A DNA stretch of 60,069 nucleotides. Source: Acidobacteriota bacterium (GTDB taxonomy: Bacteria; Acidobacteriota; Vicinamibacteria; Fen-336; JAGNNV01). Shown here one piece after another: positions 8,711 through 17,306 of this stretch. The stretch is taken from the NCBI GenBank assembly GCA_032127745.1, contig JAQBHL010000257.1, forward strand, positions 1 through 60,069, written 5' to 3'. Each line of letters starts with the position of its first letter. Within the stretch, counting starts at the first letter, position 1. The position numbers were made by a program, and so were the translations under genes. The notes beneath the pieces are model-generated. The model saw only the letters and a program-made list of their open reading frames with translations, was not told the DNA's origin and ran no database searches.

Positions 8711-9646
8711 ATGAGTTCCCGTGGCCTTTCAAATTCCTGCTTGCGCTTCCCTCTGGCCGGCGCCGCCTGCTTGATCGCCCTCGCCGCCCCGGGCTTCGGC
8801 CAGGCCTCCGGGTCCCCGCCCGGAAGAGGCGGAGGAGACAGCCGCGCCGAACCTCCGATACTCGTGGGCGTTCTCACGCGGGCCGACCTGCGCAAGCCGC
8901 CGTTCGCGGAGTGGTTCGACCGACAGTACTCGCAGTACGAACCGGCCGCCGACGCCGTGGACGGCCTGCGCGCGCGTCTCGCCTCGATCTCGATCGAGGT
9001 CTATTTCGGGACATGGTGCGGCGACTCGCGACGGCAGGTCCCGCGGCTCATGCGCCTGCTCGATCTGGCCGGTTTCGGCGAGGAGCGGTTCCGCCTGGTC
9101 GGTCTTTCGGATCGCCCGATGGAGTTCAAGAAATCCCCGGGAAACCCCGAGGCCGGACGAAGGGTCCACCGCACCCCCACCATCGTCGTCCTCCGTGATG
9201 GAGCGGAGATCGGCCGGATCGTGGAGACGCCGTCCATGTCGCTCGAGGCCGACCTGCTGGCCATTCTCGAGGGCCGCGGCCCTGAACCGAAGTACGGCGC
9301 CGAGGCCTTCGTCCATCGCCTCCTCTCCGACCTTCCGCCGGCCGAGGCGGAAAAGACGCTCCAGTCGACCCTCCAGGAGATCTCGAAGCGCGGCGATCCC
9401 GGATCTCTCTGGCACTATGCCGAGTACGACCTCCTGAGGAACGGGCGCGCGCGCGAAGCCAAGGCGGTGCTCGACCTTCACCTCGAGCTCGATCCGCAAT
9501 CGGTGATCGGGTACATCCTCCTCGGTGAAGCCCTCTCAGCCCTGGAGCTCAAGAAGGAAGCCGAAGAGGCGATCCAACGAGCGCTGGCCATCGAGCCCGG
9601 GAATCGCCGCGCCCTGCTCGCCGCCGAAGCCCTGCGCAGGCCCTGA
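8711..9646 (+). CDS. Exported thioredoxin-like (WCGDS) protein with C-terminal TPR
   Basis: YFGTWCGDS, PTIVV...EIGRIVE thioredoxin fold; TPR-like helices ending ALAIEPGN. Confidence 0.8.
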   Translation: MSSRGLSNSCLRFPLAGAACLIALAAPGFGQASGSPPGRGGGDSRAEPPILVGVLTRADLRKPPFAEWFDRQYSQYEPAADAVDGLRARLASISIEVYFGTWCGDSRRQVPRLMRLLDLAGFGEERFRLVGLSDRPMEFKKSPGNPEAGRRVHRTPTIVVLRDGAEIGRIVETPSMSLEADLLAILEGRGPEPKYGAEAFVHRLLSDLPPAEAEKTLQSTLQEISKRGDPGSLWHYAEYDLLRNGRAREAKAVLDLHLELDPQSVIGYILLGEALSALELKKEAEEAIQRALAIEPGNRRALLAAEALRRP

Positions 9647-9693
9647 TTCGGGCACCTCCCGCCTCCCGCCCCCCGGTTCCCGATCGAGAGCGG

Positions 9694-10713
9694 CTACGCG
9701 CGCCGCAGAGCCAGCTGGCCGCAGGCCCCGGCCACGTCCCGGCCTCTTGGCCATCTGATGATTCCATTGAGGCCACGTTCCTTGATGTGGCCGTGGAAGC
9801 GCAGGGTCTCGCCTCGCTCCGGGGCGCGGAAGGGGCTTCCGGGAAACGGATTGTGCGGAATCACGTTCACGTGACAGTCCAGGCCGCGCAGCAGAACAGC
9901 GATGCGGCGCGCGTCCTCCTGCGTGTCGTTGACTCCCGGAAGCTGGACGTATTCGACGAAGAAGCGTCTCGGCCTCTCCGCTGTCGCCTCCCTCAGGACC
10001 TTCATGATCGAGGCCAGCGGCCAGGTCCGGTTGTGGGGCATGACCCGCGTCCGCACTTCATCGGTGGTGGCGTTGAGCGAGAGCGCGAGGCTGGCCTGGC
10101 TCTCCTTCAGGAATCGGCCCATGCGCGGGACCACGCCCGAGGTCGAGACGGTCACCCGGCGCGGCGACAGACCGGGAAAGACATCGGTGAGGGACCGCAC
10201 CGCCGCGAGCACAGGGTCGATGTTGTCGAGGGGCTCGCCCATCCCCATGAAGACGACGTTCGTGGCCTCGACCCCGGAACGACGCGCCGCCTCGCGCGCC
10301 ACCAGATACTGGTGGACGATCTCGCCCGCGGTCAGGTTCCGGCGGAAGCCCATGGTCGCGGTGGCGCAAAAGGCGCAGGCCCGCGTGCATCCCGACTGGG
10401 ACGACACGCACACCGTGCCGCGGGTGCGGGAAGGGATGAGGACGGATTCGGCGCTCTGGCCGTCGCCAAACTCCATCGCCCACTTCGTAGTTCCATCGTC
10501 CGCGCTCAGAACGGATGACACCCGGGCCCTGGGCAAGTCCAGAAACGAGCGAAGAGGGCGGAGGACGGACTCCGATACTCCGGCCACCTTCGAAGGCAGA
10601 GCCGGGAGCGGCCCGGCCATCAGGGCGCGGCGCAGGGCGAGGGCGCGCGAGTCGCCGCCGAGCAGGGGCTTCAAGTCCTCCACGGTCAGGGCCAGCGCGT
10701 CCATCGTGATCAT
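9694..10713 (-). CDS. rlmN: Radical SAM 23S rRNA/tRNA A2503/A37 C2-methyltransferase
   Basis: CVSSQSGCTRACAFC, MGMGEPLDN, ACGQL. Confidence 0.92.
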   Translation of the reverse strand: MITMDALALTVEDLKPLLGGDSRALALRRALMAGPLPALPSKVAGVSESVLRPLRSFLDLPRARVSSVLSADDGTTKWAMEFGDGQSAESVLIPSRTRGTVCVSSQSGCTRACAFCATATMGFRRNLTAGEIVHQYLVAREAARRSGVEATNVVFMGMGEPLDNIDPVLAAVRSLTDVFPGLSPRRVTVSTSGVVPRMGRFLKESQASLALSLNATTDEVRTRVMPHNRTWPLASIMKVLREATAERPRRFFVEYVQLPGVNDTQEDARRIAVLLRGLDCHVNVIPHNPFPGSPFRAPERGETLRFHGHIKERGLNGIIRWPRGRDVAGACGQLALRRA

Positions 10714-10736
10714 TTGCGCGGGCGCGCTCAGCAGGC

Positions 10737-11576
10737 TCAGTGCGGCCGGTGCGGATCCTTCTCCCCCGCCTCGATGGCGATCGGGAGGCGGTTCGCGGGC
10801 GGCGGAAGGGGGCAGGTGGCGAAGTCGGTGAACGCGCAGGGCGGCGAATAAGCGCGGTTGAAGTCGAGGATCACCATTCCGTTCTCATCGGGCAGGCCGC
10901 TGTACACGAAACGGCCGGCGCCGTAGGTCGTCTTTCCGGCCGTCCCATCCTTGAAGATGTAGAACAGCTCATCCTCGGCCGGGCTCTCGAAGACGGGGGT
11001 GAGACGCATAGTCTTCCCATTCAGTTCGAACTCGACCACCCCGGGGCTCGGATAGTCGTTCACCTGACCGATGACGTTGGCAACCTTCACCTTGAGGGGC
11101 TCCGCGCTCCTGACCAGACGGCCCGAGACGCGGTACTCGGGCTTGATCTCGTACCAGTCGAGGCCGCGGAAGTCCAGTTTCCGGGAATTCTGCGGATCCC
11201 ACAATCGCAGGCCGATCCGGTCGCTTCGCCGAATGAGCCCGATCCAGGTCCGGCCGATCTGGAAGGGCGGATCCTCGGCCGTGATCTCGCGCGAGGGACC
11301 GTCGATGGGGTTCAGCACAACTTTCGAGCCGGATCTCGAGATCGCACCCCAGGCCGCGGGGCCGTCGGCGAGCCGAACCTGGCTGCCCTCCCCTGAACCC
11401 AGGGTGGTAGACCCTTCCTTCAGCCAGGGAAGGCCGGAGACCGCGAGCCATCCGCGATCCGCCTGGAGATCCTTCTCCCGGGTCTGCCTCCAGGTCCGGA
11501 TCTCCTCGATCTGAGGGGCCCCCGCATCGGAGGCGGCCTGGGCCAGGAGGGTGAGCACGAGAATAGGGGTAATCAT
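10737..11576 (-). CDS. DUF1684 family exported protein
   Basis: FKD.T.GKTTYGAGRF, LDFNRAYSPPCAF..FATCPLPP..NRL..IEAGEK; start at ATG 11576 after GGAGGA. Confidence 0.9.
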   Translation of the reverse strand: MITPILVLTLLAQAASDAGAPQIEEIRTWRQTREKDLQADRGWLAVSGLPWLKEGSTTLGSGEGSQVRLADGPAAWGAISRSGSKVVLNPIDGPSREITAEDPPFQIGRTWIGLIRRSDRIGLRLWDPQNSRKLDFRGLDWYEIKPEYRVSGRLVRSAEPLKVKVANVIGQVNDYPSPGVVEFELNGKTMRLTPVFESPAEDELFYIFKDGTAGKTTYGAGRFVYSGLPDENGMVILDFNRAYSPPCAFTDFATCPLPPPANRLPIAIEAGEKDPHRPH

Positions 11577-11637
11577 GATTCCTCCATCATGACGAATCTC
11601 ACACGAATAGGCCAAGGGGCCGGTCTAGAGTCTCGGA

Positions 11638-12009
11638 GTGATGCTGGCTCTGGCCGTGGAAACTCTCCTCTTCGATGACTCCGCGATCGAGAAGATTCGA
11701 GACATCGCCGGGGACCAGGGCCCGGCCTTCGTCTCCGAAATGGCCCAGCTGTTCCTCGAAGAGACGGGCAAGTCGATAGAGGATTTGCGCGCGGCCAGCA
11801 CCCGGGCCGATTGGAAGTCGGTGGCGCGGGTGTCTCATTCTTTGAAGTCGAGCGCCGCCACTCTGGGCCTGATGCGACTCGCCGCCGCCTGTCGGGCCCT
11901 GGAGATGGAGATCAGGAACACCACCGGCAGCGAAGAAACCCCGACCCTGACCGCGGCGGTGTTCGACCGGTTCGAAGAATCCGTGCCCATCCTCCGGCGC
12001 CTCCTCTAG
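11638..12009 (+). CDS. Stand-alone Hpt (histidine phosphotransfer) protein
   Basis: HSLKSSAATLG..L...CRALE Hpt signature. Confidence 0.88.
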   Translation: MMLALAVETLLFDDSAIEKIRDIAGDQGPAFVSEMAQLFLEETGKSIEDLRAASTRADWKSVARVSHSLKSSAATLGLMRLAAACRALEMEIRNTTGSEETPTLTAAVFDRFEESVPILRRLL

Positions 12010-12074
12010 CAGCCCGGAGAGTGGGAGGCCCTGAAGGCCCCGAGAGGCGCCCGGCCTGATAAGTTAGCTCCACC

Positions 12075-13052
12075 ATGCGGAACGCCGAAGTCATCCGCCA
12101 GTGGAAGATCCTCAAGCGGATCGAGAAGAGCCGCCATGTGTCCGCTTCCGATCTGGCCGAGGAGCACGGGGTCGCCCTGCGCACGATCCGCCGGGACATC
12201 GAAGCCCTGCAGGAAGCGGGCTTTCCGCTCTACGACGATCGCGAAAGCGGCCGGAAGATCTGGCGGCTGCTCGAGGGCTATTCGCAGAAGGCGCAGGCGA
12301 CCTTCACCATGTCCGAAATGGCCGCCCTCTACTTTGGCCGCCATCTGATCACCATCCTCTCGGGCGCGCCCTTCGCCGCCGATCTCGACTCTGCCTTCGT
12401 CAAGATTCGCGCCGCCCTCCCCGAGAAGAGCACAAGGTATCTGGCTCGTATCTCGGACCTGTTCGGGGCCCGACCCTTCCCCTCGAAGGACTACTCGGCG
12501 AAGAAGGGCGTCATCGCCACCCTGGTGGACGCGACCCTTCACGAACGGCGGGTGGACATGTCCTACTACTCGGCCAGCTCCAAGCGCGCCAAGCGGTACG
12601 AGGTCGATCCCTACCGGGTGGTCTACTACCAGGGCGGCCTTTACCTGTACGGCCGGGTGGAGGAATACGGCGAAGTGCGCACGTTCGCGGTGGAGCGCAT
12701 CGAACGGATTGCCCTGATGGACATCAGCTTCGAGATGCCCAAGGACCACGAGATCGAGGCTCACACCCGAAGCGCTTTCGGCATCGCGGGCGGCAAGGCC
12801 CAGGAAGTTGTCCTGCGTTTCGACGCCGCCGCCGCGGACAGCGTGAAGGACCGGACCTGGCACGAGTCTCAGAAGATCACCAGCCGGCCCGATGGCTCGT
12901 TCGATCTCGCTCTGAACGTGGCCCTCTCCCGGGAACTCAAGGCCTGGATCCGGAGCTTCGTGCCCCGGGTGGTGGTCCTCAAACCGCAATCACTGAAGGA
13001 CGATATCGAACGCGACCTGAAGGAGGCGCTGCAACGTTGGAAAAGCTCATAA
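12075..13052 (+). CDS. HTH-WYL-WCX transcriptional regulator (PafBC/DriD-like)
   Basis: w[22 protein letters not shown]; WYL domain Y..VDPY....GGLYL...RTFAVERI; WCX WHESQ...WIRSF..RVVVLKP.SL. Confidence 0.92.
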   Translation: MRNAEVIRQWKILKRIEKSRHVSASDLAEEHGVALRTIRRDIEALQEAGFPLYDDRESGRKIWRLLEGYSQKAQATFTMSEMAALYFGRHLITILSGAPFAADLDSAFVKIRAALPEKSTRYLARISDLFGARPFPSKDYSAKKGVIATLVDATLHERRVDMSYYSASSKRAKRYEVDPYRVVYYQGGLYLYGRVEEYGEVRTFAVERIERIALMDISFEMPKDHEIEAHTRSAFGIAGGKAQEVVLRFDAAAADSVKDRTWHESQKITSRPDGSFDLALNVALSRELKAWIRSFVPRVVVLKPQSLKDDIERDLKEALQRWKSS

Positions 13053-13405
13053 AGCGACTGGAAACTTTCCCGAATCCGAACCCGAAGCGGGACTACCTGA
13101 TCGAACACACCTGCCCGGAGTTCACCGCACTCTGCCCCAAGACGGGCCAGCCCGACTTCGCCACCCTCATCCTCCGCTACGTGCCGGACCGGCTCTGCGT
13201 GGAATTGAAGAGCCTCAAGATCTATCTCGGCGGGTACCGTAATGAGGGCATCTACTACGAGGCGGTCATCAATCGAATTCTCGACGACCTGGTCGCGGTC
13301 ACGAGGCCGCGCAGCATGATGCTCGAAGGCCGCTTCGGCGTTCGCGGCGGCATTTCCAGCGTGGTGACCGCGAGCTACGACAAGCCCCGACGCTCCCGCG
13401 CGTAG
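13037..13405 (+). CDS. queF: NADPH-dependent 7-cyano-7-deazaguanine (preQ0) reductase, type 1
   Basis: C-terminal part of ORF 12101..13405; TTG start after AGGAGG (13021-13026); [30 protein letters not shown] motifs. Confidence 0.92.
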   Translation: MEKLIKRLETFPNPNPKRDYLIEHTCPEFTALCPKTGQPDFATLILRYVPDRLCVELKSLKIYLGGYRNEGIYYEAVINRILDDLVAVTRPRSMMLEGRFGVRGGISSVVTASYDKPRRSRA

Positions 13406-13413
13406 TCGGCGCG

Positions 13414-13446
13414 CGCCGGACGGAGGGCTTCAAGCCTCCGGCCGGG
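13414..13446 (+). terminator. GC-rich hairpin after queF (possible terminator)
   Basis: CCGG-A-CGGAGG...CCTCCG-G-CCGG stem; no clear U-tract. Confidence 0.3.
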
Positions 13447-13527
13447 GATTCCTTCGGGGACGAAAAAGCGACCCGTCGTGACGCGCGGGACTTTCAGGAT
13501 GCTACGATCCACCTCAAAGCAGACTCC

Positions 13528-14199
13528 ATGACCGAGCGTGAGTTCCTCCAGAGCGTTCCCCTCTTTACCCGACTGGGCGAAGGGTCTGTCGACGCCATCC
13601 TGCGGCTGACCCGCCGCCGGAGGATCCGGAAGGACGAGGTCATCTTCCACGAGAACGATGTGGGCGATTCCCTTTTCATCATCCTGCGCGGCCGGGTGAA
13701 AGTGGCGATCTTCGGAGACGACGGAAAAGAGGTGACCCTGTCCACCCTCTCCGAAGGCGATTTTTTCGGAGAGATGTCACTCCTCGATCAGGAGCCCCGG
13801 TCGGCGACCACGGTCGCCGAGGAAGAGTGCGAACTGCTGGCTCTGCAGCGCGATGACTTCATGCGCGCGCTCGAGCAGGATCCGGGAATGAGCGCCTCGC
13901 TGATCCAGGTGCTGGCCGATCGGCTGCGCAAGGCGAACCACCAGATCTCCACCCTGGCTCTGCTCGATGTCTACGGCCGGGTGGCCCGGGTCATCCAGGA
14001 ACTGGCCGAGGAAGAAGGCAAGCGGTTGAAGGACGGCCGGGTGGTGGTGCGCCGGCCCACTCACATGGACATCGCTCATCGCATCGGCTCGTCGCGTGAG
14101 ACGGTGACCCGAATGATGCGGGATCTCGAACAGAACGGTCACATCGTGACCCAGGGTCGCGAGATTTTTCTCAGACCCGACTTCCAGAAGTTGTTCTAG
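13528..14199 (+). CDS. Crp/Fnr family transcriptional regulator (cNMP-binding)
   Basis: GDFFGEMSLLD..PRSAT cNMP motif; HTH IGSSRETVTR. Confidence 0.93.
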   Translation: MTEREFLQSVPLFTRLGEGSVDAILRLTRRRRIRKDEVIFHENDVGDSLFIILRGRVKVAIFGDDGKEVTLSTLSEGDFFGEMSLLDQEPRSATTVAEEECELLALQRDDFMRALEQDPGMSASLIQVLADRLRKANHQISTLALLDVYGRVARVIQELAEEEGKRLKDGRVVVRRPTHMDIAHRIGSSRETVTRMMRDLEQNGHIVTQGREIFLRPDFQKLF

Positions 14200-14217
14200 C
14201 AGCCCGCCGGCGCGGCT

Positions 14218-15009
14218 TCAGTTTCGGAGAATACCGGCCCGGCGAGCGATCTCGAAGAGCGCGATCGCTCCCGCGGCGGCCACGTTCAGGCTCTCCACTT
14301 TTCCGGCACTCGGAACCCGGATACGAACGGAGGACGCCGCCTCCAGGCGCGGATCGAGGCCCGACCCTTCGGAGCCAAGGGCGAGCGCAAGCGGAAGATC
14401 CAGGGCGGCTTCAAAAAGGGACGAGGCGCCCGGCCCCGCGACCGCGGCGGCGAGGGTCAGGCCGGAGGGCAGAAGTTCCAGCAGGCCCTCCACGGACAGG
14501 TCGGGGGCATGAGGCACGCGAAAGGCCGACCCGGCCGAGGCGCGAAGAGCCTTGGGGGACAGCGGATCGGCGCAGCCGCGGGTCAGCAGGATGAAGGACA
14601 CGCCGGCCGCTTCAGCGGTCCGGAAGAGCGTCCCCACGTTCCCTGGGTCCTGAACCCCGTCGAGGACGAGGGCGAAGGGCCGGGATCCCTCCAGCCAGCC
14701 GACCGCCGGACGCGGGCGCTCGACCAGAGCGATCACGCCCTGATGGGTCTCCACCGCGGACACACTCTTCATAAGCGGCGCGCTGAACTCGACCATCGAA
14801 GGGTGTGACCCCGCCGCGACCCCCTCCATCCTTGAAACGCGGTCCACCGCGACCAGGACCACTTTGAGTTTTGACCGGATGGCTTCATCGAGCAGCTTGG
14901 GGCCCTCGACCAGGATGAGGTCCCGGTTCTTCCGGGCGCGCACGGCGAGGAATCGTTTGAACTCCGGGTGGTCGCGCCCTGATATCCGCTTTGGTGAAGG
15001 AATCGGCAC
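14218..15009 (-). CDS. TrmH/SpoU family RNA 2'-O-methyltransferase
   Basis: LDGVQDPGNVGTLFRTA, LGSEGSG, ESLNVAAA SPOUT motifs; GTG start 15009 preferred (ATG 15069 alternative). Confidence 0.88.
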   Translation of the reverse strand: MPIPSPKRISGRDHPEFKRFLAVRARKNRDLILVEGPKLLDEAIRSKLKVVLVAVDRVSRMEGVAAGSHPSMVEFSAPLMKSVSAVETHQGVIALVERPRPAVGWLEGSRPFALVLDGVQDPGNVGTLFRTAEAAGVSFILLTRGCADPLSPKALRASAGSAFRVPHAPDLSVEGLLELLPSGLTLAAAVAGPGASSLFEAALDLPLALALGSEGSGLDPRLEAASSVRIRVPSAGKVESLNVAAAGAIALFEIARRAGILRN

Positions 15010-15244
15010 TCTGGAGTCTCGATCAAGGCGCTTTGGGACGAAGGACGAACCGGAGGGCGATGCTAGCATCGCGTCTTCTTGGACCCTTGGGGCCGTCCGG
15101 AATGCGCTCCCATCGCCGTGTTCTTCGCGGAGTCCCCGTCTTAGGCGCCTCATCCAAGGGTCCGCACACCTCCTGGCCGGGTCTTTGAAGCGGCCGTTTG
15201 ATCCCGCGAATCTCATCAACCTTAGGGAAGAGAAGTCGAAGTCC

Positions 15245-15712
15245 ATGATCGAAGCGAAGAAGAAACTTGAGGACGAAATTCGGAGCGCGGAACACGAGTT
15301 GAAGGTCGAGCTTCCGAAGGAGATTCAGCGCGCCCGAGAATGGGGCGATCTCCGCGAAAACGCGGAGTACAAGGCCGCGAAGGAGCGCCAGACCTTCCTC
15401 CAGGCCCGCATCGCCCAGATGCAGGGCCGCCTCGCAGGGTTGTCGATGCTCAATCTCGACAGCATCCCGAGAGACAAGGTGGGGCTCGGCTCGACCGTGC
15501 ACGTGCGCGATGAAGACACCGGGGTGGAGAACGTCTACGAAATTGTGACCAGCGAGGAGAGCGACCCGGAAAAGGGAAGAATCTCTCCTTCCTCGCCCAT
15601 CGGCCGGTGTCTTCTCAACAAGAAGGTCGGCGAGGTCGCCGAGGTTCGCGTGCCCAAGGGAACGAGGTACGTCGAGATTCTCAAGCTCTCGACCATGCAC
15701 GACGCGAGCTGA
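15245..15712 (+). CDS. greA: Transcription elongation factor GreA
   Basis: AREWGDLRENAEYKAAKE, IS..SPIG..L..KKVG; ATG at 15245. Confidence 0.95.
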   Translation: MIEAKKKLEDEIRSAEHELKVELPKEIQRAREWGDLRENAEYKAAKERQTFLQARIAQMQGRLAGLSMLNLDSIPRDKVGLGSTVHVRDEDTGVENVYEIVTSEESDPEKGRISPSSPIGRCLLNKKVGEVAEVRVPKGTRYVEILKLSTMHDAS

Positions 15713-15778
15713 AGCCGGATCGCCCCAATACCCCGGGATCTCGCGCCCGTCCGCCAAAAGTCGGATAATCAGATCGCC

Positions 15779-17227
15779 ATGAAAGACCATCTCCTGGGAC
15801 GCCGCACCGCGGTAGTGTTCGCAGGGAGCGGGGCCTCCGGCGCCTACCACGCCGGCGTCTTGAAGGCCCTCGATGAGGCGGGAGTGCGGATCGACCTCAT
15901 GGTCGGCTCAGGGGTAGGAGTTCTGGCCGCGGCCTTTGGCGCGGCCGCCTGCGGATCGACCCTTTATGGGGAGAAAGGCCTGTGGCGGGAGATCTCCTCC
16001 CGCCGGGTTTTCCGACTCCGCTGGGGCCTCCGGTTTTTGCGCTCCCTGGGCCTCGTGGCCCTCTCGGCGTTTCTGGTTCCAGCCCTGCTCGCTCTGACGC
16101 TCGGCCTGTTCCTCCCCGCTTTCCTCGCCGTGGATTTCGCCCGACCCGGCTTCATGACCGGCCTCTTCCAGGGCGTGGCCGCTCTGGCCTCCGGGCTGCG
16201 CCTGTTCTTCGTGTTCGCCCTCGCCGCTCCCACTTTCCTCGCTCTGCTGTTCCTTCTCCTAAGGGGCGCCAGTCTGCTCCGGAGTTCGAGGCGGCGGATG
16301 GGCGAGGCGCTCGAGAGCGCTTTCGATCTCTCCGGCATCGAGACGGACCTGGCCCGTCGGCTCTGGGAAGCCGCCCGGGGACCGGCCCTCAATGTGTCGG
16401 CTCCCCTGACCTCGGAAATTGGACGGCAGTTCGCCGCCCTCATCGCCGAGAACGCTGGGCAGCCCGGCTTTCGCGGGCTCGTGCTTCGGGCCGCCAATCT
16501 GGATGCGCGGAAGCCGCTGGTCCTGAAACTCGGGTCCGACGACGGTCGCGGGATTTCAACGGACCAGGAAGGAGACGACCTCCTCGATCTGAAGGAGGCC
16601 ACGGTGGCGCCGCTCCTCTACGACGTCGTGGCCACCGCCTTCGGGGCCACCCCCCTGTCATCACCGCGGCGCGTGCGGCTGCCCAAACAGGGCGCGTTCG
16701 GAGGCGAGGTCCACCGGATTGCCGAAGCGTCCGCGGCCGCGGGTTCGGGCCTCAGCGAAGCGATCGCCATGGGCGCCGATCAGATCGTTCTCGTGACCGC
16801 CACCGCGAAGAACCCGGGGCCGATGCCGGAGCGTCGCGGCCTGAAGGCGCTGGCTTCCGCCTTTCTGGCCCTGCAGGAAAGAGCGGGCATCGAGAGCGAC
16901 CTCGAGCAGACCGAACGCCTCAATCGCATCGTGGACACGGTCGGGCACCAGAAGAGCACGGGCGAGAGAGAGTGGCAGGATCCTCTCACCGGCCGGAAAT
17001 TCCGGTCGGTCACCATCCACGTGATCCGGCCCCGGAGGTCGCGGCTTCGGCCTCTCGATCTCGACGGCGCGGTCGATCCTTCGAGCGAGGCGGAGACCTC
17101 GCTTCTCGACTGGCTCGACGAGGGTCACCGCGACGCGCATCGCTGCTACCTCGACTCCGCCCTCGGTGAAGACCGATTCTCGGAAAACGGGGCGGCCTTG
17201 GGCCCTCCGGCCGGGCTGTCGTTGTGA
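15779..17227 (+). CDS. Patatin-like membrane protein with degenerate catalytic motifs
   Basis: GSGASGAYHAGVLKAL glycine loop; GSGVG where GxSxG is expected; 2-3 TM helices inserted. Confidence 0.7.
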   Translation: MKDHLLGRRTAVVFAGSGASGAYHAGVLKALDEAGVRIDLMVGSGVGVLAAAFGAAACGSTLYGEKGLWREISSRRVFRLRWGLRFLRSLGLVALSAFLVPALLALTLGLFLPAFLAVDFARPGFMTGLFQGVAALASGLRLFFVFALAAPTFLALLFLLLRGASLLRSSRRRMGEALESAFDLSGIETDLARRLWEAARGPALNVSAPLTSEIGRQFAALIAENAGQPGFRGLVLRAANLDARKPLVLKLGSDDGRGISTDQEGDDLLDLKEATVAPLLYDVVATAFGATPLSSPRRVRLPKQGAFGGEVHRIAEASAAAGSGLSEAIAMGADQIVLVTATAKNPGPMPERRGLKALASAFLALQERAGIESDLEQTERLNRIVDTVGHQKSTGEREWQDPLTGRKFRSVTIHVIRPRRSRLRPLDLDGAVDPSSEAETSLLDWLDEGHRDAHRCYLDSALGEDRFSENGAALGPPAGLSL

Positions 17228-17306
17228 GCCGGGGAAGGGAGTGCGTCGGTGGCGGTCCGGGAGAACCCCCACCCCCGACCGGGAAACCGCAGCCGGTCGC
17301 CTTCAC

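Noticed and set aside
12101-13405. 434-aa 'extended QueF' or frameshifted WYL-QueF fusion
   Set aside because: The upstream part is an off-frame shadow of WYL; queF has its own RBS and TTG, and the WYL gene is complete.
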